Assembly: GCF_033153115.1 (NCBI RefSeq)
Contig: NW_026889753.1
Span: 4,402,001-4,466,000, forward strand
Reading direction: 5' to 3'
DNA: 64,000 bases
From: Saccostrea echinata
Lineage: Eukaryota
Under the pieces are notes generated by a model. It was not told the origin of the DNA and made no database searches. It saw nothing but the letters and a program-made list of their open reading frames with translations. Below are positions 35,270 through 48,334 of the stretch, piece by piece (position 1 is the stretch's first letter; every line of letters starts with the position of its first letter). The position numbers and the translations under genes are program-made.

Positions 35270-36211
35270 ATGGAGTTCCGAGCAGAAAGCTTGGTAACGG
35301 TGTTCTTTACAGCTCTTATTGTCTGCTTCAATACCCTCACTCTTCTGGTCATTGTGTGGACAGAATCCATTCGGAACATCAACAAAATCTACTTTGCCTC
35401 TCTGACAGTGTCAGACCTTTGTGTTGGGGTGTTTATCACACCATTTGCAGTTTTCAGCTCTTTCAGCAACTCATGGATTGTCAATGATGAAAAATTCTGC
35501 CACATCGAGGCCTACCTTCTGGTAATTTTCTTCATTGCAGGTTTGTATTCCTTAGCATGGATCAACGTGGACCATTATCTTGCCATCAGAAAACCACAAC
35601 GACACAAAGTTGCCATGACAACTGCCCGTTCCCTGTGCTGGATCATATTTGTATGGATTGGGGCTGTCAGTTTCTGCAGTCCCACATTGTTCTCTTTCAA
35701 GAAACAAGCAAAGTATTATGAAGAGGTTTTTCTGTGTTCCATAAATGCTGGTTCTCATAAGCCATACTTTGTAACCGCTGGTATACTGGTCATCTTGCCT
35801 GCTTTCTTTGCATTGGTGTCCACCAATGCGTACCTCTTTACAAAGTCATTCCGTAAAAAGAGACACATGTATCAAACCATTCTGATAGATACAGCCTCAC
35901 GACCAAATAACTATTTCATGAACTTCATAATTTCCATGATTTTTCTGATTGCATGGATTCCATGGCTAGTACTACAGATATATGGTGAATGTATAGAAAA
36001 TATTTCTGATTATCCGCATTCAGTGCATTTTTATTTGTTGTGGTTTGGAATTGGAAATTCCTTTTACAAATTTTTTGTGTATTTGGTTTGGAGTCGTGAT
36101 TTTCGACGTGGTCTACGAAAACTCTGTTGTCATAATGATTGTCGGTGTCCAGAATGCTCAATGCCCCAAAGTGCAAGTTTAAACTTTGTTACAGTGACTG
36201 CAGGAAAATAA
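35270..36211 (+). CDS. Orphan class A (rhodopsin-like) GPCR, GPR21/GPR52-like, single coding exon nested in DPP7 intron 2
   Basis: 313 aa from ATG 35270 with seven hydrophobic segments: TM1 Asn, LTVSDL, TM3 Cys, DHY, TM4 Trp, AWIP, TM7 WFGIGNSFYKFFVY, helix 8 FRRGLRKLCC. Splice acceptor tttacAG at 35227. Confidence 0.9.
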   Translation: MEFRAESLVTVFFTALIVCFNTLTLLVIVWTESIRNINKIYFASLTVSDLCVGVFITPFAVFSSFSNSWIVNDEKFCHIEAYLLVIFFIAGLYSLAWINVDHYLAIRKPQRHKVAMTTARSLCWIIFVWIGAVSFCSPTLFSFKKQAKYYEEVFLCSINAGSHKPYFVTAGILVILPAFFALVSTNAYLFTKSFRKKRHMYQTILIDTASRPNNYFMNFIISMIFLIAWIPWLVLQIYGECIENISDYPHSVHFYLLWFGIGNSFYKFFVYLVWSRDFRRGLRKLCCHNDCRCPECSMPQSASLNFVTVTAGK

Positions 36212-37782
36212 TATCTATATTACGATAAAATGTAACACTGCCCTATTAGTAATACATGTCTGTTTAAAAGCAAAGCTATGTCAAACCCATAGGGAAAGAT
36301 ATTGCTTTGTCATTCATTTAAACTAGTTTGAAATTGTAATCAATTTTAATTTCTTGAAAGCACAATGTTTGACTTTATTGGCTTAAATGAATTTAGTTTT
36401 TGGACTCCTTGAAACATTTGGTAAAGTTTCATGTAGTTCGATAATACTTATACCTAGATAACAAAAATTGGCATTTTCCAAATTTTTGGGTTTTAATTGG
36501 TGGAATATATCATTTCAGATATATATCTCTGGAGCAATATCATAGAAGTAGTATAATACAATTAATTATTATCACTCAAAACCAGTCTAGTAAAACTTTG
36601 TTATAGGCCTTAGGTCCTCTAAAAGTAATCATATGTCCAGTAAGAAAATAATAGACTTGCGTGCCCCAACTGTAAATTCTACAGAAGTTTGTAAAATGTC
36701 AACACAAAGACTTACTATCTCCACTTAATCTTTGTCAATAGCATTTCGTGGAATTGCACTCCATTTTGTGATCATCACATCATTACCAGTTTGCAAGTCT
36801 AAAAATATTGGGTGAAGTTCATCAAGTTTGGACCAGCCATTGATTTTTATCTAATGTAAACTACTTTTTAATAGCTTGGTGATATTGGTGAGATTTTAAG
36901 AGTCATACATGTCTCTTATTTATAATTAAGTGACTATATTAATTTTAGTTCATTTTCATAAGCTTGCTGTGATGTTATAAATTTATGCTGTGATAAAAAA
37001 TGGAATTCCAGAGCATCATTTTTATCCATGTATATCCAAGCATTAACCAATTTTTTTTATATATATAAAAAAGCACCATTTAAAATTGCACACTCAGTAA
37101 ATTTTATAGTGCAAATTGTTACTTATGACACTTGTATGAATAAAGAGTAGTATGCAGAGGTAGCAAATCAAACACACCCATTTAAATGTAAACATCAACA
37201 TCAAACACTGGTGTTTGATGTAATGTTGCGAAGAATGTTTTTGTCATTGAATTTTAAGAATTTTCATGTAAGTTCAATGAATTCTTTATTTTTGAGTTAA
37301 ACTAGAAAATTAGAATTCTAAACAAAATGGCAATGGAACTGTGTCCATTTCCCTTTGAATAATATCTGTTTTATGATAGCTAAATTATTAAATCAGATAT
37401 TTACAGGTACATGTTTCTGGTATAGGCTTTTTGGTTAACACAGAATACATGTAATGTATGCATTATACATCTTAGCTGGCTACTGAAATTTTTTTGAAAA
37501 TATGATAAACTGATCATGGTGTTGATGCCATTTTCTTTATCTGTTGCAATTACCTATTTGTTTGTAATTGCATTGATAATTCTTGTTTATTTTAATTATT
37601 TGATATTCATGAAAATCTTTGTTCATTATATTTTATAATATTGATGTATATAAGTTGATTTTTCTATACATGTATATTGTGTATTGTTTCTCATTTGAAT
37701 TTTTCGTCTCAATGAGACCGACACCATTCCAAACAATTTCAATTCCTTGCGTATAAATAAATTCCAGGGCGAGAATGGAGTA

Positions 37783-37961
37783 CCGTATATACTCGCCTAT
37801 AAGTCAGATTTTTGGGAGTTAAACTTTGGTCTAAAACTCTATGGCTGACTTATAGGCGAGTTATAAAAAGATTGGTATTTTAGAAAGTCAATCCTTCTAA
37901 TATAAGCTTCAAAAATACAGCCGACTTATAGGTGGACCGACTTATAGGCGAGTATATACGG
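37783..37961. mobile_element. pogo/Tigger-type MITE
   Basis: Perfect 23-bp TIR CCGTATATACTCGCCTATAAGTC with TA on both sides. Confidence 0.88.
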
Positions 37962-38847
37962 TAAGTGTACTTATGTATTTATATCATTACTGATTGGTTC
38001 CCATGTACTTATGATTAGAATTATATTTTGTCCACCATATTGTTTGAGGAAATCAAATAATGTTTATGTTGTAAGTAGTCACAATTTTTTGGCTGCAAGG
38101 AAAAGGTTCAAGAAGGTGCTGAAGTTTTTTTTTTTTTTAAAAAGAGATTGAAATAAGCTATGTTCAGTTACTCAGCTTTTGAAGTCACATGTTTTTATAT
38201 TTTCCAATATGCATGGCTATATGTACCCTAATAAAAACACTCAAAGTAACTATAAAATATGGATGTAGTTGTTTTCTTTTATAGAAATATGCAATGTTGG
38301 CATGCAGTGTGTTTCAAGTGGTAGGCAATTCACTCTGTGGAATCGATACGCTTGAAATTATTTCACATTTGGTTTGTGTCAAAAAGATAGTTCTTTCATG
38401 GTTCTATTAAAACAAAATACATGTAATTCTATAGACAGAAGTGATGAATCAAAACCAAAGGTTTAGTTTTGGTGAACATGCAGTATAATAACTACATGAC
38501 CATTTGTTAAGCAAACTATTATTTCCATGGCATTAAGTCTTATAAAAAAAAAAGATAAGTTGGTACAGAAGTATCATTGGCAATATATTACTTATGATTA
38601 CAGCTTAATGTATGATACCATTGTGTTACTGATCTGGAATGGACAGTTTCCCCTGATAAGTTGCAACTTCATCTGGCAAGATGAGAATGTCAGCATTATC
38701 TCTTGTGAGAATTGGTATTCATCATACACTGTTCAAATGGCATACAAGCTGAAAAACAAAAGGCACATTTCTAGATTACATGTATAGTATATATGCATCT
38801 ACCTGTGCAGCCAAATCTGACCTAACAATTATGAACACTCAGAAAAT

Positions 38848-39150
38848 GTGAACACTCAGAATTGAGTAAGCCCACAGCTCCATTATAAATGTGAACACTG
38901 AGAATTGGGTATGCCCACAGCTCAATTATAAGTGTGAACACTCAGAATTGAGTAAGCCCACAGCTCCATTATAAATGTGAACACTGAGAATTGGGTATGC
39001 CCACAGCTCAATTATAAGTGTGAACACTCAGAATTGAGTATGCCCACAGCTCCATTATAAATGTGAACACTCAGAATTGAGTATGCCCACAGCTCTATTA
39101 TATTAGTGTGAACACTCAGAATTGAGTATGTTCACAGCTCCATTATAAAT
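38848..39150. repeat. 43-bp minisatellite, 7 copies
   Basis: GTGAACACTCAGAATTGAGTAAGCCCACAGCTCCATTATAAAT units start at 38848, 38891, 38934, 38977, 39020, 39063 and 39108. Confidence 0.93.
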
Positions 39151-40486
39151 GCTCCATCCTGCTTGTCATTATCATTAATTTGCAATGAAAATAACATAAA
39201 ATTTATAAAATTGAAGATAATAAAATTTTTCTGATTTGAATTAATCTAGATAAAAATCAGATAAAAACTATTGCGATACCAATTAAAGAGGAAAAAAATT
39301 ACATGTGTGTGAAACGTGTATTTTAAAAAAAAAAATATGAACCTGCTAGACTGATTTCATCTATATTTGGTAACTCTAATGGTCAGCTAGAATAAACAGC
39401 ATGCTGAGGGCAGATCAGATCTCTCCACAAGTAATGTTATGGGTAACCATCTTCATGTTGATATGATTAGTCTCTATCATGACATGGTAATCTGTATGAT
39501 TGTCAAAATATTGTTTCTCAATGCCTCTTGATGATTACTCTGAAATCACTCATTTTTGAGGTGATGTCATTTTTGTTGTTTTCGTGGTAAACCCCACGAA
39601 TCCATGGCTTCACCAAATAATAATTAAATGTACAATATGTCCAATATTTTTTATCAAATCCCCATGAATCAATATTATTCTTTAAACCACAAAAATTTGA
39701 ACTTCAAAAATAATGATTTTAACAGTATCTGATTTAAGTGGGATTTATTAATTATTATTTGTTTTTTTGTTTCTGTTTTTGTTTTTTATTTTTAATTTAG
39801 AAAATATCAATTATTTGGCAATGCTTTCAGAGCGAAAAGGTAAAAAAGTTCATGACTCTTATGGATTTTCTCACCATCACAAAAGACCTGCAGCCAAAAG
39901 TATTTGTATGGTATCCCAAGTGGCAGTGACACCTTAAAAGAATCCACTTTTTCCCGCTGAATAAGGCCAAAGCAATCAAGTACAGATAGATTCTGGCCAA
40001 TCAATGGGCTGGTCATTAGAGCTATCCCAGAAGACTTAAGGTTTTCCATGATAGATGATGATTAATTTCCTCCCAAATCCTACTTGTCAAAGGGTGAAGA
40101 AAGATCATTAGAAGCAAATAACTGTTGATTATTGGATTTGGTTCCTTTTTACTGCTACAATGAATCTTCTCTGACCCCTCTCCATGTTAAAGTGGTATAT
40201 CTTAGTGGTTTTTGGAGAGTTATTAATGTATTCATGGAGGCAGACATAATGTAATTTATGGTTTTTGACATATTAATGGATCCTGTTGCTTATATGGCTT
40301 GTAGATTTCATGGCTAGTTTGTTGTGATTTATTACCTTTGATCAGGCCTGATATACGGCTTAAGGATTCCATTTTATGTAACAGAGCATTTTGATATATT
40401 TTTGCCATTTGACAGCTAGCTAGTGGAAAGGACTTGTGCATCAGATTCTAAAGGTGGACTCGGTTTCATTCCAAAGTTTACTTACT

Positions 40487-40870
40487 TAAGGAATGAATTT
40501 AATACTGTAGCTACCCAAGTTATACTGTATAACGATTAACCTGGGTTGGGGCAGTTTACGCTTTTTAAACCGCAAAGCTGTTTATAAAAAAGCGTAAACT
40601 GTTCCAACCCATGTTATATACTGTAGATCACTAAATTTTCACGACACCTTATTTTTGCGAGATAGTCATTGACTCTTTATTTAATAGTGAGACAAAATGT
40701 TCATGAATAGTGGTATTGCTCTATATAATCTTATCAAATACTATTATATGCGAGAATGAAATTTTCGCGAGCACACTGTCTCGTGTAATTAGGCAAAAAT
40801 TAAGTTCTCCCAAATAAAAAGTTATTTACAGTACCAGTATAACTTGGGTAATTATTAAATTCATTCCTTA
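40487..40870. mobile_element. Palindromic (fold-back) repeat interrupted by a TA-target MITE at 40621-40831
   Basis: TAAGGAATGAATTTAATA..ACCCAAGTTATACTG pairs with CAGTATAACTTGGGT..TATTAAATTCATTCCTTA; central hairpin CAGTTTACGCTTTTT / AAAAAGCGTAAACTG. Confidence 0.7.
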
Positions 40871-42207
40871 TAATTTTCCATCATTAAGTGTAGAAAATAA
40901 GATAATTTCTCCTTCAAAATGTACATAATTTAAATATAACGTCAAGCGGAATGATATGTTTTTGATGCAAGTCATTGTGAGTACTGATGTAGGAAAAACA
41001 GGTTATACAATATAAACTAATTTTTTAATCCAATAAAATGACGCATAATAACCAAAATTAAATTAATAGAACTTACCCAAAGTACAAACTAAAAGTGAAG
41101 TGGATAATCAGGAAAACCATATTTGAGTCTTCCATAAATGGCCCTGTATATTGTAGCACAAAGTAATGAGAGAGACACTGATAAAATCATTCATTTTTAA
41201 CTGCAGCTGGTCACAAATTCAAAAATTGGAAAGCCTTGTCTAATGAGCCTTTTTGCTTTGGACTCAAATATTGTTTCAGCACACAGTAATGAGAGAGACA
41301 CTGCTATAAATATCCATTTTGAGTTTTTAATTTAATATGATTCAAATCATCATGACTCTATACCTTCTATAGGTAAAGTTAAAATCTTGTAACTAATCAT
41401 TCTCTGTTCTGTTCAATTAGCAGGTCAAATGTAAATGCAGATTCTTTTTAAAAAGTCTTTCAGTTTTCTGCTATTGAACACTTAGTATTTGTAGATTCCA
41501 ATTCTGTAATGAACCTTTGCCTTTATGGGGAAGGATAATAATTGGTACATTTCATAAATAATTTATGAACAGAAAAATTAGAGGCAGAAAATATAATCAT
41601 TAGATATTCATGAGATTGTCTAAATATAATGCCAAATGATATGTTGATTAATTATTCATTACTTAATGATTACGTAAGTAACTTCTGGAATTCTGATTTT
41701 ATTTTTACATGAAAGAGGAACCCAGTTCTTGTATCGTGATATTCTAAAATATTCAGGCTCTGAAGCTACAAATTACTGTAAACACAAGAATGCAGACCTC
41801 TTTTGATTTTGAATCAATTTGATGCTGTGAGAGTAAAATGAATGGAGGGCATAAATCTGCGGAAATTTTGAAATAGCTCACAAATCAATTGCAGCAATTA
41901 TTGCATGTGAAATTTATTCGCCTATTCTTTCAATAATACCGGGAAAATATTTATTGTTGCAAGTATAAAGATAACTTTTTAGTCTTTTTATACAGCCATG
42001 TGAAGTACTTAACTAGTTGTTCCAAGGAATGCATGTGTCTTCTTGCATAGCATCATTAAAGATGTAAATAAATCTAACAGTGGCCAGGTATTTACATTTT
42101 CATTACCTTTGGGGGGGGGGGGGGCACAACCAAATAGAAACAAGAAATTTCTTTTGAAAGGGGGATGTCATCAAATGTTATAAAAGGAGCACAATGATAA
42201 AAAAGTA

Positions 42208-42904
42208 CAGTAAAACTCGTTTAGTACAAACATGGATATAGCGAATTTACAGATATAGCAAAGTTTTTTGCAATCCCCGGCGAAATTCTTAACAATTCCT
42301 TGTAAACTTTTATGGATATAACAAACTAGGATATAGCGAATTTACAGTTATAGCAAAATGATTTTGTGTCCCCTAGGAGTTAAATATAACGTAATTTACA
42401 TTTTTTATAGATCTTTCAAATATCTTAATTTTTAAAATGTTGAACTGACAATAATTTCGTAAGTATTTATATTTGAAACTCAATTCATTCTTAAACTTTT
42501 GAACTCCAAGATAAATTTTATAATTATACTTCCCTTAATACATTTGGTAGTCACGCTTGAAGGATAAAATTGGTATAACAAATTTGCTATGCATACTTTA
42601 ACAAATTCGTTATGCAGATATATTGAAGTACGGAAAAAGTGAAGTAAATTGGCAGGTCCCCAGAACTTCGCTGTATCCAAGTTTTACTGTAAATACCTTA
42701 TACAGGGATATTTTCACCCCCGTTTTATTTTTCGCCCCTTTCACCCTAGTCATAAGTGTGCGAATTTTAGACAGGATGAATTCAAAAAAAAAAAGCATAA
42801 TTTCTTAAACAAAACTGTGACTAGGTGAAATTAAAATGGGGCAAAATTGTTTGCAAGTGTGAAGGGGCAAAAATAACATGGGGCAAAAATAACCCTGTAT
42901 ACAG
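42208..42904. mobile_element. Two abutting Tc1/mariner-type MITEs (42208-42689 and ~42696-42904)
   Basis: TA|CAGTAAAACT..AGTTTTACTG|TA, followed by TATACAGGGATATTTT..AAAATAACCCTGTATA. Confidence 0.65.
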
Positions 42905-42984
42905 TATATACATGTATTGGCAAAATTATTGGGGGGAAATGGCTTTCCATTGTTCGCTATTTTTGAATGCATAAACTATTTTAA

Positions 42985-43392
42985 TTTTAGCTCTACTGGT
43001 CAGAGACCGGAAGAGCTTTTGCGATAGTAAGGTGTCTGTCTTGTCTGTAAACAATTTATTTTCAAAAGGCTACTCCTCGTACAGTTTTGATCTGATTTCA
43101 ATATAACTTAGCACACAAGTAGACTACACTAAGATACATAATTCTTTTTATCGGTTTTTGATTCGATGAACGTTGTGCCACGGTTACTAAAACTAGAAAT
43201 TTCTTTGAAATACTTTCAAAACACTATACTCCTACTACAGTTTTGGTCTAATTTCAATATAACTTGGCACAAAAAGAGACGAAACCAAGGATTACTTTCC
43301 TATTGAGTTTTTATGACTGTTCCAAAGTGCTACTTTTCCTTTATTATAAATAGAAACCAATAGAGCTACAGTCTTGTCAGAGACTTCTGGTT
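42985..43392 (+). mobile_element. Short HINE-like element
   Basis: TTTTAGCTCTA start, TAGAGCTA subterminal inverted repeat, two ~156-bp internal units, 3' hairpin AGTCT..AGACT. Confidence 0.55.
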
Positions 43393-44232
43393 TATATAAG
43401 CCTTGAGAAGTAAAAATTGCTTATACAAAGTAAATTGAATGGTAAAAAGCAGATCAGAGACCTTTGTGGTTTGGTCTTGTCATTACTGCGTGTAAGCAGG
43501 TGCAGTATTGTTACTGCTGAACATGGCAGAAAATGATAACTATTATTGATATTTACTCTGAAGCAAAAGCAATTGGATGTGCGTTATCAGTGTCGATTGT
43601 GTTGGTCTTGATGGGCCTTTAATAACACTCGCAGCTTAAGAAAGCAGACACCCTTGAGAGGACAATTTGCTGGGAACCTGACTGGAATATGTCAATTCCT
43701 ATCTGAGGTTCAGCTGATGTTGTTGTACAGTAGGTGACAGGTTTTCATTCTCATTCAATGTTTCTTTCATGTATAGGTCCATGCAGGTCTACTGTTTCAA
43801 CCCACACATCTCTGAAACAGCTTATCTGGAAGTTTCACAAATTAGAACTGTTGCATTCATTCATACATTGAATGAGGTCTATATATCTGCTATCAATTTT
43901 TTGTAGACTCAATTAAAAGTGTGCATTTGTAGTTATATTTTTGGTGTTTATTACAAAGATGCTGACACAACAGTATGCACAGTAAACAAGATGATATTTT
44001 GAAAGTGAATATTATTTAAGGTCATAAATTTCAAACGTATTTGACCTTTAATTAAGTTGTGCATAATGAATGGGACTGACAGAAACTGGATTTTTTTTTA
44101 ACAAAAAAGTAGCTTAGAACTATATGAAAGCCATTTGGTGCCAGATAGAAAAAATATTTTATCTGGCAGTCTCCAGAAATGTTTCTGGCGGCTGCCAAAT
44201 AATTAACCAAAAACCCCAAAAAGTGACAAAAA

Positions 44233-45655
44233 GAGCAAGGGCCACTTAGGGCCTTTTTTGGCCCTGTGAGTTTCTGAAAAATCTAAACTGCTCAGTTTTG
44301 ACAATGCAGTATTTATCACTTGGACCCTTGGTGACCGTGTATCTATTGATTCAGAACATGACGTAATTTAATCCATTAATAAGTCAATGCATTATGTCGT
44401 CATGAAATGCATCATTTTTACCATATCCTGTAAATTCCTTTAAAAATGGTCAAAAGTTGGAGTATTTTTTCAATATTTTATATAGAGCATAACCTCTGAT
44501 CCAAAATATGCAATTACATAATGAAAGGTCTGTTTCTTAAGATCATGGAACAGGTTTTAATTTTTGGATCGAGGGCTGTGCTCATATTTTAATTCTTTGC
44601 TGAATGTAGTCAAATATGCCTGTTTTCTGCAAAATTCCAAAACATTGCATTTTCACAAAGCCTGTTTTCTAATACCTGAATTCTCAAAAAGAAATTTTGT
44701 TATAGGAAATGAGAGCGCTTAAAGTCTCTACTTCATTTTTAGCTCACCTCAACGAAGTTGGGGGAGCTTATGTAATACCGTCGGCGTCCCAGGTTAAGGT
44801 TTTTGGAGCAGTTTTCTTTTCAAGTACTTCTATGCCCTATATTAGTCAGAGATGCATGGAGGATGCTTCTAGTGTGTTTCATTGTACCAGTCAAGGTTTC
44901 AGATGCTGCAATTTCAGCTAAAGAATGACCAGGTTAATGTTTCTGGAGCAGGTTAAAGTTTTTGGAGCAGGTCTCATTTCCAAGTAACTATAAGCCCTAT
45001 ATTGACCAAACTTGCATGGATGATACATCTAAGGATGCACACTACTGGACTTGCTTCGGATGCTGGATCTGACCTATATTTTCTGGATGAGTGACCAGGT
45101 TAAGGTTTTTGGAGTAGATCTCATTTCCAAGTAACTAAAAGCCCTATATTGACCAAACTTGCATGGATGATACATCTAAGGATGCACACTACTGGACTTG
45201 CTTCGGATGCTGGATCTGACCTACATTTTCCGGATGAGTAACCAGATTAAAGTTTTTGGAGCAGATCTCATTTCCAAGTAACTATAAGGCCTATCTGAAC
45301 CAAACTTGCATGGATGATGCATCAAGGGACGAACAATCTCAAAACTTGCTTCGGATGCTGGATTTGACTTACATTTTCTGGATGAGTGACTAGTTTTAAG
45401 TTTTCAGATAAGTCTATTCCCAAGTAACTGCAAGCCCTATCAGACCAAAATTGCATAAATGTTGCATCTAGGGATGCACACTCCTAGATTATTAGTTTAG
45501 TGTGGGTCACTTTGCCTTACTTAAAGACAACATTCGTTGAGGTGAGCTCTGTAATCTCTGATTACGTATGTTGATATATGAAATGGGACATAAGGTGATA
45601 GTCAATTAATCGATACAAGAACAGGGCCATTTTATGCATAAAGTGAACCTAGCTC
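44233..45655. mobile_element. Sola-like MITE with a nested HINE (44736-45572, ~147-bp satellite core)
   Basis: Aligns with 26162-26742 apart from an insertion at a T-run that starts AGCTCACCTCAACGAA and ends TTCGTTGAGGTGAGCT plus a hairpin. Confidence 0.8.
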
Positions 45656-46701
45656 TTTCTACTTTGACCCAATTAAATCTTTTAAAAAATGAAGGACAAT
45701 AAAATGTCTATGCCATAACTTCTTGACTGAACCCTTGACTGAAGAATTTCAAATGTGGGAAATAGAACAGCTTTATTACTTAAGGTAGATGCAATGCACC
45801 GTAAAGCCCCTGTCATGAGTTAGAGCTATTTCAAATAAAAAAAAAATGCAGGAAGTCAGGGTTCATTCATTCATTTATAAGTCATAGGATATCATCTTAA
45901 TTCATGTTTATCGGCAATTGTTTTGAGCATCACAACAATCATGGCTGCAGAACAATATTCAATTATTCATGGACCGTCATACAAAACACTTGCACTGCTT
46001 TTGTTTATTCATGTTAAATCATCAAATTTTGTGTTTTGTAGGACATGTACTTGAGACACTGTGAGTGTTCTAAGTTAATGCTGTGTCCTTCAATAAAATT
46101 CCTACAACTTACCATGAATTTTATTTGAATCAATAGGGAAGTTGTACAGGTTTGCAACATTACAGAAAAAAATACAAAAACTGAATAAATTTGAAATACG
46201 TAATTTTTCCTGCAAGATTGCAACTGTTATATCCCATAAAATACAACAAAGACATTTTATTGCTTATATTGCTTATATTTATATCTTTTGTTGAATTATT
46301 TTTAACCATTAATCTTCCATATTTGGAGAAATAGATGACTTAAAAAGAACTAGTCCTACCCACAGGTATAGATTTAGAAGTCATTTGTTTTTTTCTCTAG
46401 ATAACAGCCATGAGATTTTTGTAAGAAAATCAATGGATGCATTGCAGATGAAAACAAAATACTCATAAAGAAGGACAAAAATTGCAATGTAGGACATTTT
46501 AGTCTTGCAGAAGAATTCAAAATGCTGAAACCTATTAATATTAACAGATTATGTCTCTCTAATGAGCTATATCAAAACAGATTAGGTGGAAGTTACATCA
46601 TGTCACATCTAGACAATTTACCAAAATTGCCAGCTTTACACATTGTTTAGTATGGTAGACACATGACAAATGATGATATGTTCTTGGACTTTCATTTTCA
46701 G

Positions 46702-46865
46702 CGTTTCTATGGGAAATCATTACCCTTTGGGAACCAGAGTTTTTCTCATCCATATATTGGGTTGCTGAGCATTGAACAGGCCCTCGGGGATTATGCAGTT
46801 TTGTTGACCACCCTGACACAGGAACTGAATGCTACTTCCTGTCCAGTTATCACCTTTGGTGGAAG
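46702..46865 (+). CDS. DPP7: DPP7 exon 3
   Basis: RFYGKSLPFG..LLSIEQALGDYA..PVITFGG(S), AG/GT flanked. Confidence 0.92.
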
Positions 46866-47255
46866 GTTTGACAATATTTTTTTTTTTGGAGTTGTTGCCT
46901 TCACAGTTTGAAAAGATTTAAATAAGATATAATGAAGTGAAACACCCATTTATAATTGTTATAAAAATTATTTTATTCCTGGTATTATGTGCATACAAAA
47001 GTATGTTTGCAATTATTGGAAAAACAATTAAGCTCATTCTACATGTTTGTTGATATTTATTGATATGATTAAAAAAAATGACTGGCTGAAGTGAAGATGC
47101 CAAGATAATAATATATCATCACAATACTGATTTGACAAATCCTAGTTCTGCTTCATAACTTTCTGAATAAAAAAAAAATAGTTAACCAAACTGTTGATGA
47201 AGGCAATGTCATGACATTTGATATATTTTTTTTTTGTTATTATTTTTTTTTTTAG

Positions 47256-47391
47256 CTATGGGGGGATGTTAAGTGCCTATATAAGATTCAAGTATCCAAA
47301 TCTGGTAGCAGGAAGCATTGCAGCAAGTGCCCCCATTTATCTCCTGGCCGCGGACTCGAAGAGGGATTTTTTCTGGGAGGATGTAACTAAG
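47256..47391 (+). CDS. DPP7: DPP7 exon 4 (completes the catalytic GGSYGG motif)
   Basis: (S)[35 protein letters not shown]. Confidence 0.93.
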
Positions 47392-48334
47392 GTAATATTG
47401 TTTAATGCAGTAGTTATGATCATTATATTAAGGTTAAATATATTGAAAACAACTTTGTATGGTTATATTGTCATGGCTGGAATCTCAAGAATTGTTATTG
47501 TTATAGTCACATAAAAATATGTCTTCACAATATAATTTTCTAAGGCTAATGTTTTTTATGGCAACTGTCTAGATTAATTTCCCTTGAATGTGCTCTTTTT
47601 TGTGGAAGTTTGATATAGCTAGTCCAAATTTCTTCAGAGAATTTTGGGTATAATTTCAGAGAGTAGACAAATAATTGCCACCTCATAAACATAACTAATC
47701 TTTTTTTTGTCAACAGGATTAACACCCCATTTTTTGTAATCATTCTCTCAACTTTTTACCAACAAAGAACTACGCACGCTAACTCCAATTCCTGCCTACA
47801 TTTTAAACCCATTTAATTCTATACTAATGGCAATTTGCTCATAAAATCTTTGTTTAATGCAAAGAAGAGTTCAATGGTAATTGATTAATAATTTTGATAC
47901 AAGTGTTAATAGTTAATTTAAGTCTTCATTTCAGATCATTTTATAAGGGGGTAGACGATGTTTTCCATTGAAATCAGGCAGGAGTTGTTAAAAATATTTT
48001 CCGTTTTCAGTTAATTTCTATGGTGAAAGACACAGGTGTTACCAAGATTATAAAGTTATCTCTTTTTGTTTTCCCAAAAAAGTAACGTTTTATGAAAATT
48101 AATATAAATATCTATATATAAATATGAAAAATCATTAAAATATGTTAACTCTTGAAAATTGACTTGGAGGTAGGTGGGAGAACAATACTATCGTTAGCAG
48201 TTCTTTATTGTGCTATAATGTGCATTTATCATCACGTCATTGTCCCCACCTATAGGTTGAATGGTTCTATAAAAACCAAGGAGTTCCCATAAAAGACAGA
48301 TTTGGATTGATAGATCAGAATACAGTTAAAAAAG

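Noticed and set aside
38848-39150. CRISPR-like array
   Set aside because: Contiguous units with no unique spacers, eukaryotic context, no cas genes.
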